Assembly: GCA_015680685.1 (NCBI GenBank)
Contig: MNCI01000952.1
Location: 494,963-558,962 of the forward strand
Length of the DNA stretch: 64,000 nt
Origin: Gnetum montanum
Lineage: Eukaryota > Plantae > Gnetophyta
Reading direction: 5' to 3'
Shown: positions 51,691 to 64,000 of the stretch, piece by piece
Layout: every line of letters starts with the position of its first letter
Numbering within the stretch: the stretch's first letter is position 1
Made by a program: the position numbers and the translations under genes
Notes under the pieces: model-generated
Told to the model about the DNA's origin: nothing
What the model saw: the letters and a program-made list of their open reading frames with translations, nothing else
Database searches by the model: none

Positions 51691-54600
51691 TCTTGCATAA
51701 ACAACTCATTTCCAAATCCCATGTTCTTATATCTTTCTTTGAGAATCCATCATACCAATTTCATCATTTTTGTCTTCAACAGTTCTACACTTAGCTATGA
51801 GCATTTTTTCATGTTTACTTTATGTCCTAAACTTCAATGTTGCAAGAATGTCTTCAAGTTCCTTTATCTTTTTTTCTTAAAGCAGTCTTCAAGTGTGTAA
51901 ATTCTTTCTTGTCTTTTTTGCCTTAAGAGAAGGAGGCTTCAACTATAAATTCAATTCAAATCATGAACCCCAGACTTTATTTTAACTCTTATTCCATTTT
52001 AGGGAAATTAATATTAAATGTTTTCATATTTCTCTTTCCTTTTTTGAACTATTTCTTTTGTATTATTTTATATTATGAAATTCAATTGTAGGATGCTTTA
52101 GTGTAAAACTTCTCTTTTCCTAAAAAGACTTTTAAATTTATTAGTCATTTAGTTAATACTTTTACTATTTACAATGCTACCTAATTATGAGATAGAAATT
52201 TTCTATATATTTCTAATAGTTACAATAGGAACATGCTCTCTTTACACTATCTCACTTTCAACCATTAAGTTTTACCTTTTTTTTTCTCCATAGCAGCTAG
52301 TTTGTGCTTTGAGTGCTATATATGATTATGCAAATGTGCAACTTTTTCAATGATAAGGCTAGGATGGTGGTGATGTTATAATGATGATCAAGTTGTAAAG
52401 CAATACAAATGAACGACTTGAACTAACCATGTAACCTAAAAAATTCATAACTTATAGTAAGTACATCATAAATAAAATAAAAGAATAAAATCCAATTTCA
52501 AAATATATTTTGAAAATTCTTCATTCTTATTAAGTTTAATTCTGAAAAACAACAATATAAGGACTTGTATATGTAAAAAGAATATCAAAAATATCTATTT
52601 AGGCATTTGTGTATTTCTTACAATTTTCTTGTTTCATTATTTTTTTGGTGGATAAATTACCTAGTAGGCTTCTAACAATTGGTTGCAAATAATTTAGGTC
52701 TAAAAAATTTTGGCCATTTGCAATATATATTGTCAAATCCATGTCCACATTTTTAATAAAAATTGTAATTTTCAAATCTTAAATAAGAAAGATCAAACTA
52801 GAACTTAAATGTGCTTTTTCTAATATATGTTGCAAAATTTTAAAAATGGAAGAAATGTTTTTATAATAAATATTTAATTTTATCATTGTTTATTATATAT
52901 GTTGCCTTAAACCTTAAATATATTTTGCTAATTTAGCTATTTCTAGTAAGCGATGGAACCTTATTTTTTCCAATAAACAATTCATTTTAACATATGTGAT
53001 TTTCTATTTATCCATATATTTTTCTTTTCTTTTTATTTCTTTATTATATATTTTTATTTGTTTTATGTTTTGTTTTAATCTTCTTTGTGAATAATATTGT
53101 GAATTTTTATAACAAACATATAGGATTAATGTCGTCTGAAGAAGATTTGCCTTTTGAAGAGTAAGAAGGGTATGGAGAAAAATCAAAATATCAATTATTG
53201 AAAAGAATTTTTTAGAAAAAGCTATGGACTATAGTGAATGTTAAAGGAAAATATTTTGGAGGTAAGTAATTCATGGATTTGTCCTTGTTTCAACATAAAT
53301 AGAAGTAGTTGTGTTGCACATGTTAAATGTCACTTGCTTGAAATTGGGAAAAAAGAGTAAATTTTGGTGTGTAAAAGAATACCAAAGTCTGAAAGAGAAG
53401 ATCTCATTAATCAATTCAAACATTTTGATACCATGTCCACCACCAAGATCACAGATGCACACACAAATGTCAATAATTCAATGTTAAATACTAATTTAGA
53501 AAGAATGTTTGATTCTTCAAATAGAAAAAATGTGGATGCAGCTATAGCAAGAATTTTCTGTGCATGTGGCATGCCTTTTAACATTGCTAGGTCTCCTTAT
53601 TTTAAACAAGCTATATAGATGATAAATTCTACTTCAAAAGGGTATGTGCCACATAGTTATGAAAAAAGTAGAATAACACTTTTAACTGAAGAAAAAGCTC
53701 AAGTTGGAGAAAATTTAAGAGGCATAAAGGATAGTTGGTCTATCATAGGTGTTTTTATTTTATTATATGGGTGGACACATATAACCAACAAACCACTTAT
53801 TAATATTCTTGCTTCATCTCCAAAAGGTGTTGATGAATAATGGTTTGTCAAGTGCTGTTATCATACCCTTGTTATTAGACCCCTATTATCAAACCCCTGA
53901 TATTGAGTACAAGATATTAGGTCTGATAAGTCCCGATATAGGACCCTCGATATTGGACCCCCAATATTAGGTACGTGATATCGTGGCCTGACAAGCGATA
54001 TTGGATACATGATATTATGGTTCCCGTGTGAGCCTATAAATACACAATGGGGTGCATGGGAAAGTAGTAGTTTAGTTAGAAATTAGTTTTTATTTTTAGT
54101 TCTTCTCAATCCTTTCTCCTAGTGCATGCCCACAGTGTGATAATTGTAATTGTATGACACCTTTATTTGAGTGTGATGTACTTGGACACCCACATGACCG
54201 GAAATAAAGATCGAGATTACTTCATCATTGTAGCATTCACTTAGTTTAATTATTTAATTATTTTTTATTGCTTTCTTAATTAATCTCTCTCTACCTTCCT
54301 CTCCTATCCTTGTTATTAAATGCGGAATGAGTATGACTTAATCATGAGCATTTAAGTGTGACTACTTGGTATCCCAGTAGCATACCTAGGATATGCACTT
54401 GGTAATCCCAGTAGTAGTCATACACAAAGTCCAAGATGTGTACGGATGATTAAGGAATGGATGCTTATCGCACTTAGGCTACTTTAGATTCTCTCTCCCT
54501 TTTCCTCCTAGCTTAAAACAAAGTTATTTTCCGTTGCCTCTAAAATAGTTTAGGACTACATCATACACCTCACTCTAGACTAAACCATATGTGATAAAGC

Positions 54601-54881
54601 AAATACTAGTCCAGATGAAAAGACAACAAACTGCGATCAACGAATAACTATGTAGATACCACAACTAGCCCGTCTACGGAGTTCGACTAGATCATGCGTG
54701 AAATGCTCGTATTTGTATGGTTGAGTGTAGGGGTACCTCACCACTCATCATTGGCGTCATTGCTGAGGACGATGCTGGTTATTTAGATTAGTTACATCAT
54801 AAAAGATCATTGTAACAAAGTATTAACGATACATATTTTAGAAAGAAGTAATTACAACAAGTCACACAAAAATTTACCACC

Positions 54882-57250
54882 ATGTCTCTCTCACAAGACT
54901 ATGATAGCGCAACAACTAGTAAGGCAATTCATTGGAGAACCTACAAACTATATGATGATGAAGACAAAGTTTGGAGTACTCAACTTTATGCAGGAATTCC
55001 ATATGTTCATGAGTATCCCAATGATACTCAAGGATTCTTATCAACCAACTCTGACACCTCTAGCTCATAGAATGAGGAGGCCCGAAAGGCCTAGGACCTT
55101 CTCAGTAACTAACAAGAATATATTAGGGGATGATTGGAAAACTTACAAAAGTTAGGACAAATTTTTCAGTTCTTTCTCTCCCTTTACTCCTTCAACGTCA
55201 AATCATGACACAGATGCCTATCTTTCAAGGGATCAGTGTAGAACTAAAAATCTAGCTCACAAAGAAAATTGAGAACACCAATCTAAACAAGGACAACATC
55301 ATCTCAACTCGTAAACTCACAACCTACTTAGTGACGATGAACCCCTACTAGCCACTAAGAGCCTAATGCCTATATAGGAGGCTATTCAAATATCCTATAG
55401 GCATTGAAAAGAAAGTCTTCTACCTAGGCTTGATTTAAACAACTTTCCGAAATTCTCAGGAGGCTATGACTTAGATTCATAATAGCATATACAAGCCTTC
55501 TATGATGCCTATGTATGGAACAATATTGATAATGGGTGGAAAAAAATTAAGCTCTTTCCTCTGACACTCATTGGCTAAGCAAAAGTATGGTATAGGTCCT
55601 TAAGACCAAAATCAATTCGTGGTTGGCCAACAATGGTAGAACTCTTTACTAAACGATATCAAACCTATGCCAGAGTGTTGGCCTTGAGGAGACAAATCCA
55701 AGAATGGAAATAAGGGCATCATGAAACCTTGGACATGGCCTTAGAAAGATATTGTTCTTTNTGGCATCATGAAACCTTGGACATGGCCTTAGAAAGATAT
55801 TGTTCTTTGCTAAACAAATGCCTAGACCATGGATTCTCCGAGGAAAGGCTAATGTATCACATCATGGATGGGCTTCGTAATGAAACAAGGGAAACCCGAG
55901 GGATGTATGCCGGAGGTCAACTATATGAGCTACGAACCCACCAACTCCAAGAGCTTATTAAGTGGGTAGTAAAAGAAGAAGAAGAAATGGCTAAATGGGA
56001 GAATGTTGAAAGCTCTCAATGGGATCAAAATATTGAATTAGCAAAGGTCCATAACCATAAAGAGGAGAAATCAGCTCACCTTGAGGAAGTGCAACCATTT
56101 CTACCTTTTCCAATGCAACAATAACTAGATGAAATTGAGGAAAAGATTAATAAGATAATGGAATGGGTGCATGGAAAATATGGAGAATATGCTAACAATA
56201 GTAGAGGTAAAACTATGCCAAATCAAGGAACAGGATAGGACACCACACAACAATTAGAACAAAGGGTAGAGGATAATAAGAATAAGAACTCAACTACCAA
56301 CTCCACATATCAATGTAACATCTGTCTGTACAATCACCCCAAAGGCCAATGCCCAGTTTTGTCACATTTATATGAGCATTGGGGAGGAGTGTTACACCTA
56401 GATTTCGTACAAAAATATCAAGTTCAACCATAGTGGCAAAATCCCCAGTCGTGGGGTAGGCCATCGCCAACTTGACCATATCCTTTAGATGTTCCAACGC
56501 CAAATGCTTACTATGTTCAACACCCTATTTCTCAAACCAAATCATCATCCTCTACTTCACCTCATCATTATCATTCTCTAGAATACTATCCACTCATACC
56601 CTCTCCAACAGGACCACCACCTCGTGTACCTTACACTTCTTCTCAACCTCAATATTCTCATCCTTCACCTCCTTCTACATCACCACCAGTTGTTCCAGAA
56701 GGTTTTGCACCACAGCACCAACCCATGAACATCACTTGCGCTGCTACTATCAATAGTAGTGGAGGTCCTCCACAACACCAGAAGCATCCTTTCTTTAGAC
56801 ATGACCATAGGAAGGGACCACATAGTTCTGAGACTACTGCATCCTCCCACTCAACACAAGTTCAACATTGTGGTGCATCCTTCTCCTCGAATCCAACAAC
56901 TCATGTTACCTTATCAAGGCCACCGATCAAAACTCCAACAACTATGGGGCCCAATGAATAAAGCCATGTAGGGAGACATACCAATCCTTGCATACCATCT
57001 TACGATCACAAGTGCCATAGTGGGTCAACTCCTTATCAATTAACCACATCTTATAACTTGCCCCACTATGTCAACATTAATCAAGGGTGTGAACCCCAGT
57101 TTGGACACATTCCAACCACCACATCAAAAGACACCCAATGGGTTGGATATGATTGGGTTCCAATATTTCCAACATGCATGGATCCTAACCTTCCATTTAT
57201 TAATTCTGGCCATGCTCAACCATTTAGTTATGGGGGATATCCTCCATTCT
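54882..57250 (+). pseudogene. Element C gag region
   Basis: MSLSQD..IHWRTY start. KIKLFPLTL (~55543). ORF 55729-56124 is homologous to A ORF 8879-9157. CNICLYNHPKGQCP knuckle (~56314). KHPFFR (~56782) is shared with A. No protease follows. Confidence 0.8.
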
Positions 57251-58605
57251 AACAAGCAAAATTAATAAATATTTTTCTCTTCCTTTGATCTTACAATTTT
57301 TAGTTTTTTAGTTTTTCATCTTTCAATTTGTTGTTTTATCTTTTTGGGGGTAATCTCATTAGTAAATAGAATACTCATGTGACCCACTGGTTGAGGTGTT
57401 GTTCTATGCTATCAAGTCTCGAGTAACTAATTATTTGGACAACGAGCCCATCACATCCACCCACCCATTCTATTAATAAGAGGTTCTACCTTGGGTACAA
57501 TGATATTCTTGTCATCACGAAAACTTAAAAAGTAATGTTGTGCTGATTATGCCTAGAGTGAAAATTGATGGACTAAGCGGGAATGGCCAGGGTGTGACAT
57601 CAAAGGGACTTGTGGATTCTCTTTGGTAACATCTGGAGGTGCTATCATGCAGCATGGTTGTACTAAGATCCTTGAAGATCTAGTGAAGAATGGGAGTAAG
57701 AGTAATAAAGGCACTCATAAACAAAAACCAATGCTCTTATAGGGGGTTCCATTAGAAAGACATGCATCCATGCCTAAAGGTAGGCAGCTTCTTTGGATTA
57801 AGCATTCAAGGAAAAAGAAAAGAAAAGAAAGATCAATAAAAAAGTGCCACAAAGAAATTCTGAATCACTCCTCCCTTGAATGAAATGCCAAGTGATCGTA
57901 CACCTTGTTGTCATGGTACTATTATGGTTGTTCACCATGGGATGAAACAATGCGATGTCACTGATCGGAGGAATGGACTTGGTCTTGATTTTGGAGCGAC
58001 GGGCTAATGATACATTAATCATGTCCTACACTCAAGATTCATTGTGCCCTGAGTTAGTTACCTCATGTCCCAATCTCTACAATCCCTTCTACAATTTGTC
58101 TCATCTCGCTGTTCATGTAATTATGACTTGTATCTTGTATAACATTGAATTGATATCTCATCATGGTGGTATCAACATGTTTGTGTTTTGTTACATCTAT
58201 GTAGATTACATTTAACCCTTTTAGTACCTACGGACACTTTTAGGGTGGTTACACAAGGGCATTATAGATGAAACTTACTTTGGGGAGGACCCACTTGCAT
58301 GACTTTTGTAATTTGTACTTGTTGCACACCACCACATCATTTTATACCCTTCGAGTACTTTATGGCCAACATTATTCTTTCCCTTATCATCCCTCTAATT
58401 CAAATGTTCCTATGTACCAACACATGTCCTTTCTCCTCATCCTATTCATGAATTTTATTGCCAGATTCTACCCCATTATACCTTTTGTGCCTTCCGGTCT
58501 ATTCCATGTTACCCTGAACCTCTCAAATTAACCTCAAATTCTTCATTTTTGGGGCTTAGAATTTTAAAAATTCATCAATTTCATTAATTACCCTATTTTA
58601 AATAG

Positions 58606-58700
58606 GCTATAATATTAGGTACCTAATATCAGGTCGGACATGATATCGGGGCTACACTATCAGGTATGCGATATCGTGTCAATAAAAACTATATATATGA
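58606..58700 (+). promoter_or_regulatory. Putative internal promoter of C ORF2
   Basis: Cluster of (G)ATATCAGGT/GATATCGG motifs like those in the C LTR U3, then TATATATA at 58690. Confidence 0.55.
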
Positions 58701-59196
58701 ACCCCCCCTATGCATGTCAACGTCATTTTCAATTGTTCACGTAGGGGGAGTTTTTTCAATTTTCTCCACGAACTTACTAACTTGCGCACCTCTCATCCAA
58801 TAGCCCTAACTTAATCACTAGCGCTTTGATTTCCATTCTGATGAAACCTATCTGACCTCGAATTGTTCAGCTTAGTCATGGGGGAAGGGTACACTTGTGC
58901 ATAAATTTTTCAAAATTCAACATCGCCCAAAGGATGCTATAAAGGGTAATTGACCATCAAAACATTAAACATGGTTGCCAAAATCAATTTTATCTCTTCA
59001 CCCATACCAAGAGAGTTAAATTTTGAAGCCACCTAATCAAATTGGGCCCAAGATCAAACTTTTAGGGGACATTTCCATAAAATTTCCTAACTCTAAATCA
59101 CACGAAATAAGAAATGAACCCATTAAAGGCAAAAAGTAATGTAAAAATCAAATTTTGTAAGAAACCTTACTAATAATTGACCTTGTGTGATTGCAG

Positions 59197-59643
59197 ATGA
59201 TCCCTAAACGTGGACAACAAGGAGGACCCTCCCAAGTTGTGTCCAAATGACCAAGGAGAGACAGAGAACAAGCATCTCCCAAGGAACGTGTAGAGTAGGA
59301 GGCATGATCATTTAACATCCATCAAGGACCTCCTATCACTACATAATCTGGCCAAGAAAAAGGTGGAGAGGTCAGGACCCAAGCCTATGAAGAGGAACAA
59401 CGGCTATTTGCAACATGGCATGTTAAGGCCAATCAAGTGTTCCCATAGCTGTTGTGTCCATGGACAGTGCCGACTCCATAAAACATTGGAACATTATCAT
59501 GGATGGCTCATAATCCTTGGATAGAAGAGGAGAAACGTTAGGTGCTTCTTCAATGGTATCAATCTCAAAGCCTAGAGCACAAGACAAGGGGAAGAGAGCC
59601 ATGGAGGAGCCACTACCACCAAGAACCACATGAGTTCCAATAA
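59197..59643 (+). pseudogene. Element C shortened ORF2
   Basis: TTGCAG|ATG MIPKRGQQGGPS resembles the A (MDPKR..GPS) and B (ITPKK..GPS) ORF2 starts. The conserved internal domains are missing. Confidence 0.55.
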
Positions 59644-62431
59644 ATTTTGTAATTTTGTGTCTGTGTCCCAATTTTGTTGTATTCAACTCTTTACTGCGGC
59701 ATAAACAAATTTCTAGTTAGTCAATAATCCCATACCTATCCATTGTGTAATCAATTGAGCTTGTTCCTCACTTTCTTTGACTCAAGGATGAGTTGTTATT
59801 TAGTCATGGGGGTATGATGAATCATGGTTTGTCAGGTGTTGTTATCAGACACTTGTTATTGGACCCCTGATATCAGGTACAAGATATTAGGTCTGATGAG
59901 TCTCGATATTAAACCCCCAATATCGGGTACGCGATATCATAGCCTGACAAGCAATATCGGATACATGATATTGCGGTTCCTATGTGAGCCTATAAATACA
60001 CAATGGGGCACACAAGAAAGCAGTAGTTCAGTTAGAAATTAGTTTTCATTTTTAGTTATTGTCAACCCTTTCTCCTAGTGCATGCCCGCAGTGTGATGAT
60101 TGTAATTGTATGACACCTTTATTCAATTATGATATACTTGGACATCCACATGACAGGAAATAAAGATCGAGATTACTTCATCATTATAGCATTCACTTAG
60201 TTGAATTATTTAATTGTTATTTATTACTTTCTTAATTAATTTCTCTCTACCTTCCTCTCCTATCCCTATTATTAAACGTGGAATGAGTACGACTTAATCA
60301 TGAGCATTTTAAGTGTGACTACTTGGTATCCCAGTAGTGTACCTAGGATATGCACTTGGTAATCTGAGTAGTAGTTGTACACAAGGTCCAAGATGTGTAC
60401 GTATGATTAAGGAATGGATGCTCTTGGCACTTAGCTAGTTTAGATTCTCTCCCCCTATGTCCCATGAGCTTAACTCTCTCTCCCTTTTCCTCCTAGCTTA
60501 AAACAAAGTTATTTTCCATTGCCTCTAGGAGTAGCACTAGTTTAGGACTGCATCGTACACCTCACTCTGGACTAAACCATACATGACAAAGCAGATACTA
60601 GTCCAGATGGGAAGACAATGAATTACGATCAACGAATAACTATCTAGATACCACAACTAGCCTGTCTGTAGAGTTCGATCGGATTGTGCATTAAACACTC
60701 GTATTCGTATGGTTGAGTGTACAGGTACCTCACCACTCATCAGGTGTTATTTTTATCAAGTCACATGACACTTTAGGAAATGTTAAAAATGCTGCTTCTT
60801 TAATGGGATTATTTAGTGAGGCTATAAATACAATAGGGAGAGATAATATTGTACAAATTGTCACAGATAGTGCTTCAAATAATGTGTTGGTAGGAGAGAT
60901 GATAGAGGATGAATATTTAAATATCATTTGGACTTCTTATGCAACACATTGTTTGAATATGTTATTAAAAGATATTCATAGTAATGTTAATTAAATATCT
61001 AAAGTTGTAGCAAATGACAAAAAAAAAATTCAACAATTTATCATTAATCATTCATTGTCACAAGCCATCTATAGAAAGTACTCTTCTTTATAGTTATTAA
61101 AATATGAGGAAACTATGTTTGCCTCATAATTTATTATGATCGAATGTCTCTTTAAAGTGAAACAATCTCTTAGGGAAATGGTAATTTCAGTAGAGTGGAA
61201 AAGGTGGAAATCTTTTTCAAAGTGTTAATTCAAGTTTATGTGAAGAAATTGTTAATCTTATTATTGGAGGTAGGGAGAGTTATTTTGGAAATAAGTTGAA
61301 GTTGCTTTAAAAAAATTTTATTTCATCTATGAGATTTTAAGACTTTGTGATAGTAACTCCCCATCCATGGAGAAATTTTTGAAAAAAATGGATCAAATGA
61401 GAGAATCATTGCTTTAGATTTTAGAGAATGATTCATTTTTTTAATCAACATACAAAGGATTTAGTATGGAAATGTAGTGAAAGGAGATGGAGGATGCTTC
61501 ATTTTTCCCTTCATTCTATTGAATTTCTTCTTAATCCAAAATGGTTTTATAAAAGGCCATGGATAGATGAGGAAGCTAACAAAGGTTGGAAAACATATAT
61601 TGATCAATGTTTTTCAAGTAGAGAAGATCGTGTAAAGATAAAGAAAGAATATGACATTTATATCAAATTAGAAGGGGATCTTGCACATCCAAATTGTGCA
61701 GATGATCATGAAACATTATATGCTTTTACATTTTGAAATTAGTATGGAACTCAAACTCCATTACTGAAGGAGGTAGTGATTCATGTTTTATCTCAAGTAA
61801 GTTTTCTTTTCTAAATTTTACTTAAAAGATATTTATAAACATTTTTTGTGAACTGAATATTTAATAACATTTTTTCAAAATCTTTCCTTTGTTTATGTTT
61901 GCTACCTCTCTTTCTACATATTAATGAATCTCCTTACTTGATGTTTTAATGATTTTAAAATATACTAAAACTCATTTTCTACTTAATGTATAGGCTAATA
62001 ATTAGATAACTTATTATTTGAGTTAAAGTTCTAAATAACAATTTCAACAATAACTTGAAAATCATTTAAAATTTTTTTTCTTTTCTATGTTTTTTTTAAT
62101 GTATGCATTTGGTAATGGATGTTGATGTTATTTTCTAGGCATTTTAATTCATTGTTTTGAAAGTTTTATTTACATAAAAATCTAAACAAAAGACTAAAAA
62201 TTTAACTTAATGGAGATAGACATTATACTTTGATTGAAGTGTTCTAAAGGTTTTTTTCCCTCCATATGATTGCTCCAAAGAAAACTTTTGAAGCTTTTGA
62301 ATTGCTCAAAATATTTGGCATAATGCACTACAACCAACATCTAAAATCTTATCATTTTTTAAGGGGAGTGCCTATGTTATTTTGCAGCTCAAGATTACCA
62401 ATAACCTCCTTTCAAGAACAAAGAAAATTCC

Positions 62432-63379
62432 TGTGACATCTGAAAACATCGGTGGCTGGAACACAGAGAGGTCCATAGGTGTACAGCCTAATCCTGAATT
62501 TGTGCGAGGGCTGTGCTGAGTGAAATGGAAACGAGGTGCCCTGAATGGTCTAGTCGATTAGATAGGGGCTGACATGGTGTAATAATAACTGTTTGTAAAC
62601 AGAGTTTTAATGGACTTTGTGCAGGAGTCGGGATAACGATCAAGAACAGAACGTCATGTAACGTAAATATGTAAATGCACATTGATAGTAGAAGAAAGTG
62701 CAAAAAGGTAAATGCTGAGCAATTTGAAACAAATGCTGAGAATATAGAACTAGAGTTTGAGGGTGGAGAAATGCACCGCTCGAAGATTGGGGCACACAAC
62801 TTTTAATTGAATAATGTTTGAAGTTAGTATGCGGTGTCAGACAGGCATAGTGGCAGCATGGCGATTCGGTCACAGTCTCTAGGACATCACGATCACGGTG
62901 CTAGCAGCTGCAAAAGAGGCTGAACCTGTTGGGTTGGTAGTCATCATACTGTGCGAGTGCAAGGAAGACTCTGTCACGATGCTTAGCCAAGTGTCAAGCT
63001 TAGGTGCGTGAGTGCAAGAGTGATAAAGATGCCAAGAGTGCTCTAATGCTTGATGCTTAAAATGATTTGCCAATCCATGCTAATTAGCAGGGTATTTATA
63101 GGGCTAGGATTGACGTGAGATGCAGACTGGATGCCACGTGGCCTGGGTCCCACGTAGCATGGGCATGGACAAGTCATGCTGACATGTTGTGTTCAAAATG
63201 TCAGTATCTAAGTATTAAGCTCAAAGTGTTATGCTTTGCAGGACAGGAATGGGGACTTAAAAACTACCAAACTGTGACCGCACCGCCTGGACTGCATGTT
63301 CTGGAGTCTAGAGGACCACCATGTACCTACAAATAGTGTCAAAACAAATGCAACTTGGAGCCTATGCTCTAGGACTACG
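62432..63379 (-). repeat. 3' LTR of a younger minus-strand Tat/Ogre-like element whose body runs into the gap
   Basis: Left end TGTGACATCTGAAAACATCGGTGGCTGG resembles the D LTR end (GAAAACATTGGTGGCTAG). Minus-strand TATA at ~63093-63100. PPT GAAAGAGGGGAAAGA at 63380-63394 adjoins (C/T)GTAGTCC. CpG-rich. Confidence 0.65.
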
Positions 63380-63423
63380 TCTTTCCCCTCTTTCAAGTAG
63401 GGTCAAGCATAGAGATAATTTGG

Positions 63424-63828
63424 NNNNNNNNNNNNNNNNNNNNNNNNNNNNNNNNNNNNNNNNNNNNNNNNNNNNNNNNNNNNNNNNNNNNNNNNNNNNN
63501 NNNNNNNNNNNNNNNNNNNNNNNNNNNNNNNNNNNNNNNNNNNNNNNNNNNNNNNNNNNNNNNNNNNNNNNNNNNNNNNNNNNNNNNNNNNNNNNNNNNN
63601 NNNNNNNNNNNNNNNNNNNNNNNNNNNNNNNNNNNNNNNNNNNNNNNNNNNNNNNNNNNNNNNNNNNNNNNNNNNNNNNNNNNNNNNNNNNNNNNNNNNN
63701 NNNNNNNNNNNNNNNNNNNNNNNNNNNNNNNNNNNNNNNNNNNNNNNNNNNNNNNNNNNNNNNNNNNNNNNNNNNNNNNNNNNNNNNNNNNNNNNNNNNN
63801 NNNNNNNNNNNNNNNNNNNNNNNNNNNN
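63424..63828. other. Assembly gap (N run)
   Basis: Ns followed by poly-G. Confidence 0.99.
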
Positions 63829-64000
63829 GGGGGGGGGGGGGGGGGGGGTGAATGGGGGTGCAAAAGCATAGTAGACTACTGATCTTGGCTGCCAGAGGGA
63901 CATCAGAGCTGAAATAGAGGTTGATGTCGAGTTCTAGAAGTTTTTAAAAGCATTTGGAGGCATTTCCCAAGTGTCACACTGTCTACGCTGCACAACGTGA

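Larger units (their letters stand above)
53831..60742 (+). mobile_element. Element C: non-autonomous Athila-like LTR retrotransposon (gag, no pol, truncated ORF2)
   Basis: LTRs 53831-54750 and 59815-60742 (TGATGAAT...CTCATCA). Perfect TSD GGTGT. PBS TGGCGTCATTGCTGAGGA at 54752-54769. Confidence 0.93.
53129..61796 (+). mobile_element. Degenerate hAT transposase (BED finger, DUF659, dimerisation domain), split by element C
   Basis: DAAIARIFCACGMPFNIARSPYF; GWTHITNKPLINILASSPKG|VIFIKSHD..NIVQIVTDSASN..WTSYATHCLNMLLKDI; LHSIEFLLNP; YGTQTPLLKEVVIHVLSQ|GTAAG. TIRs not identified. Confidence 0.88.

Noticed and set aside
55715-55808. Perfect ~46-bp duplication in C gag (HHETLDMALERYCS twice)
   Set aside because: It straddles an N at 55761, so it is an assembly artefact.
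63321-63903. Long ORFs of 158-176 aa
   Set aside because: They are artefacts of translating the N gap and poly-G.
63829-64000. GGGGGGTGAAT resembling a reversed Sirevirus LTR end, or a G-quadruplex
   Set aside because: Too short, and the G-run length beside a gap is unreliable.

Overview
AT-rich, CpG-depleted land-plant heterochromatin made almost entirely of decayed, nested transposons. No intact host gene is visible. From left to right: a Copia remnant; a minus-strand chromovirus (CRM-like) Ty3/gypsy; and a 33-kb nest. In the nest, Athila-like element A (6557-39613) holds a solo LTR and Athila-like element B (14487-33269), and B holds a gag-only Sirevirus-like Copia (21554-27177). Next come a minus-strand Tat/Ogre-like gag-PR element, three intron-containing or partial host-gene fragments (FEY-like SDR, PHOSPHO1/PS2-like phosphatase, LRR receptor) and a hAT transposase split by pol-less Athila-like element C (53831-60742). 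The window ends with a CpG-rich LTR and an assembly gap. The most interesting signals come from comparing A, B and C by eye. (i) A ~0.9-kb non-coding region after pol keeps colinear conserved blocks with apparent long-range pairings and a GGAAAGACATG-N5-CATGCCTRAAGG hairpin motif, even in the pol-less element. (ii) Each family repeats its own LTR palindromic motif just upstream of an internal TATA box that precedes an apparently spliced ~900-codon second ORF. All alignments and translations outside the ORF track were done by eye. Internal domain boundaries are approximate.
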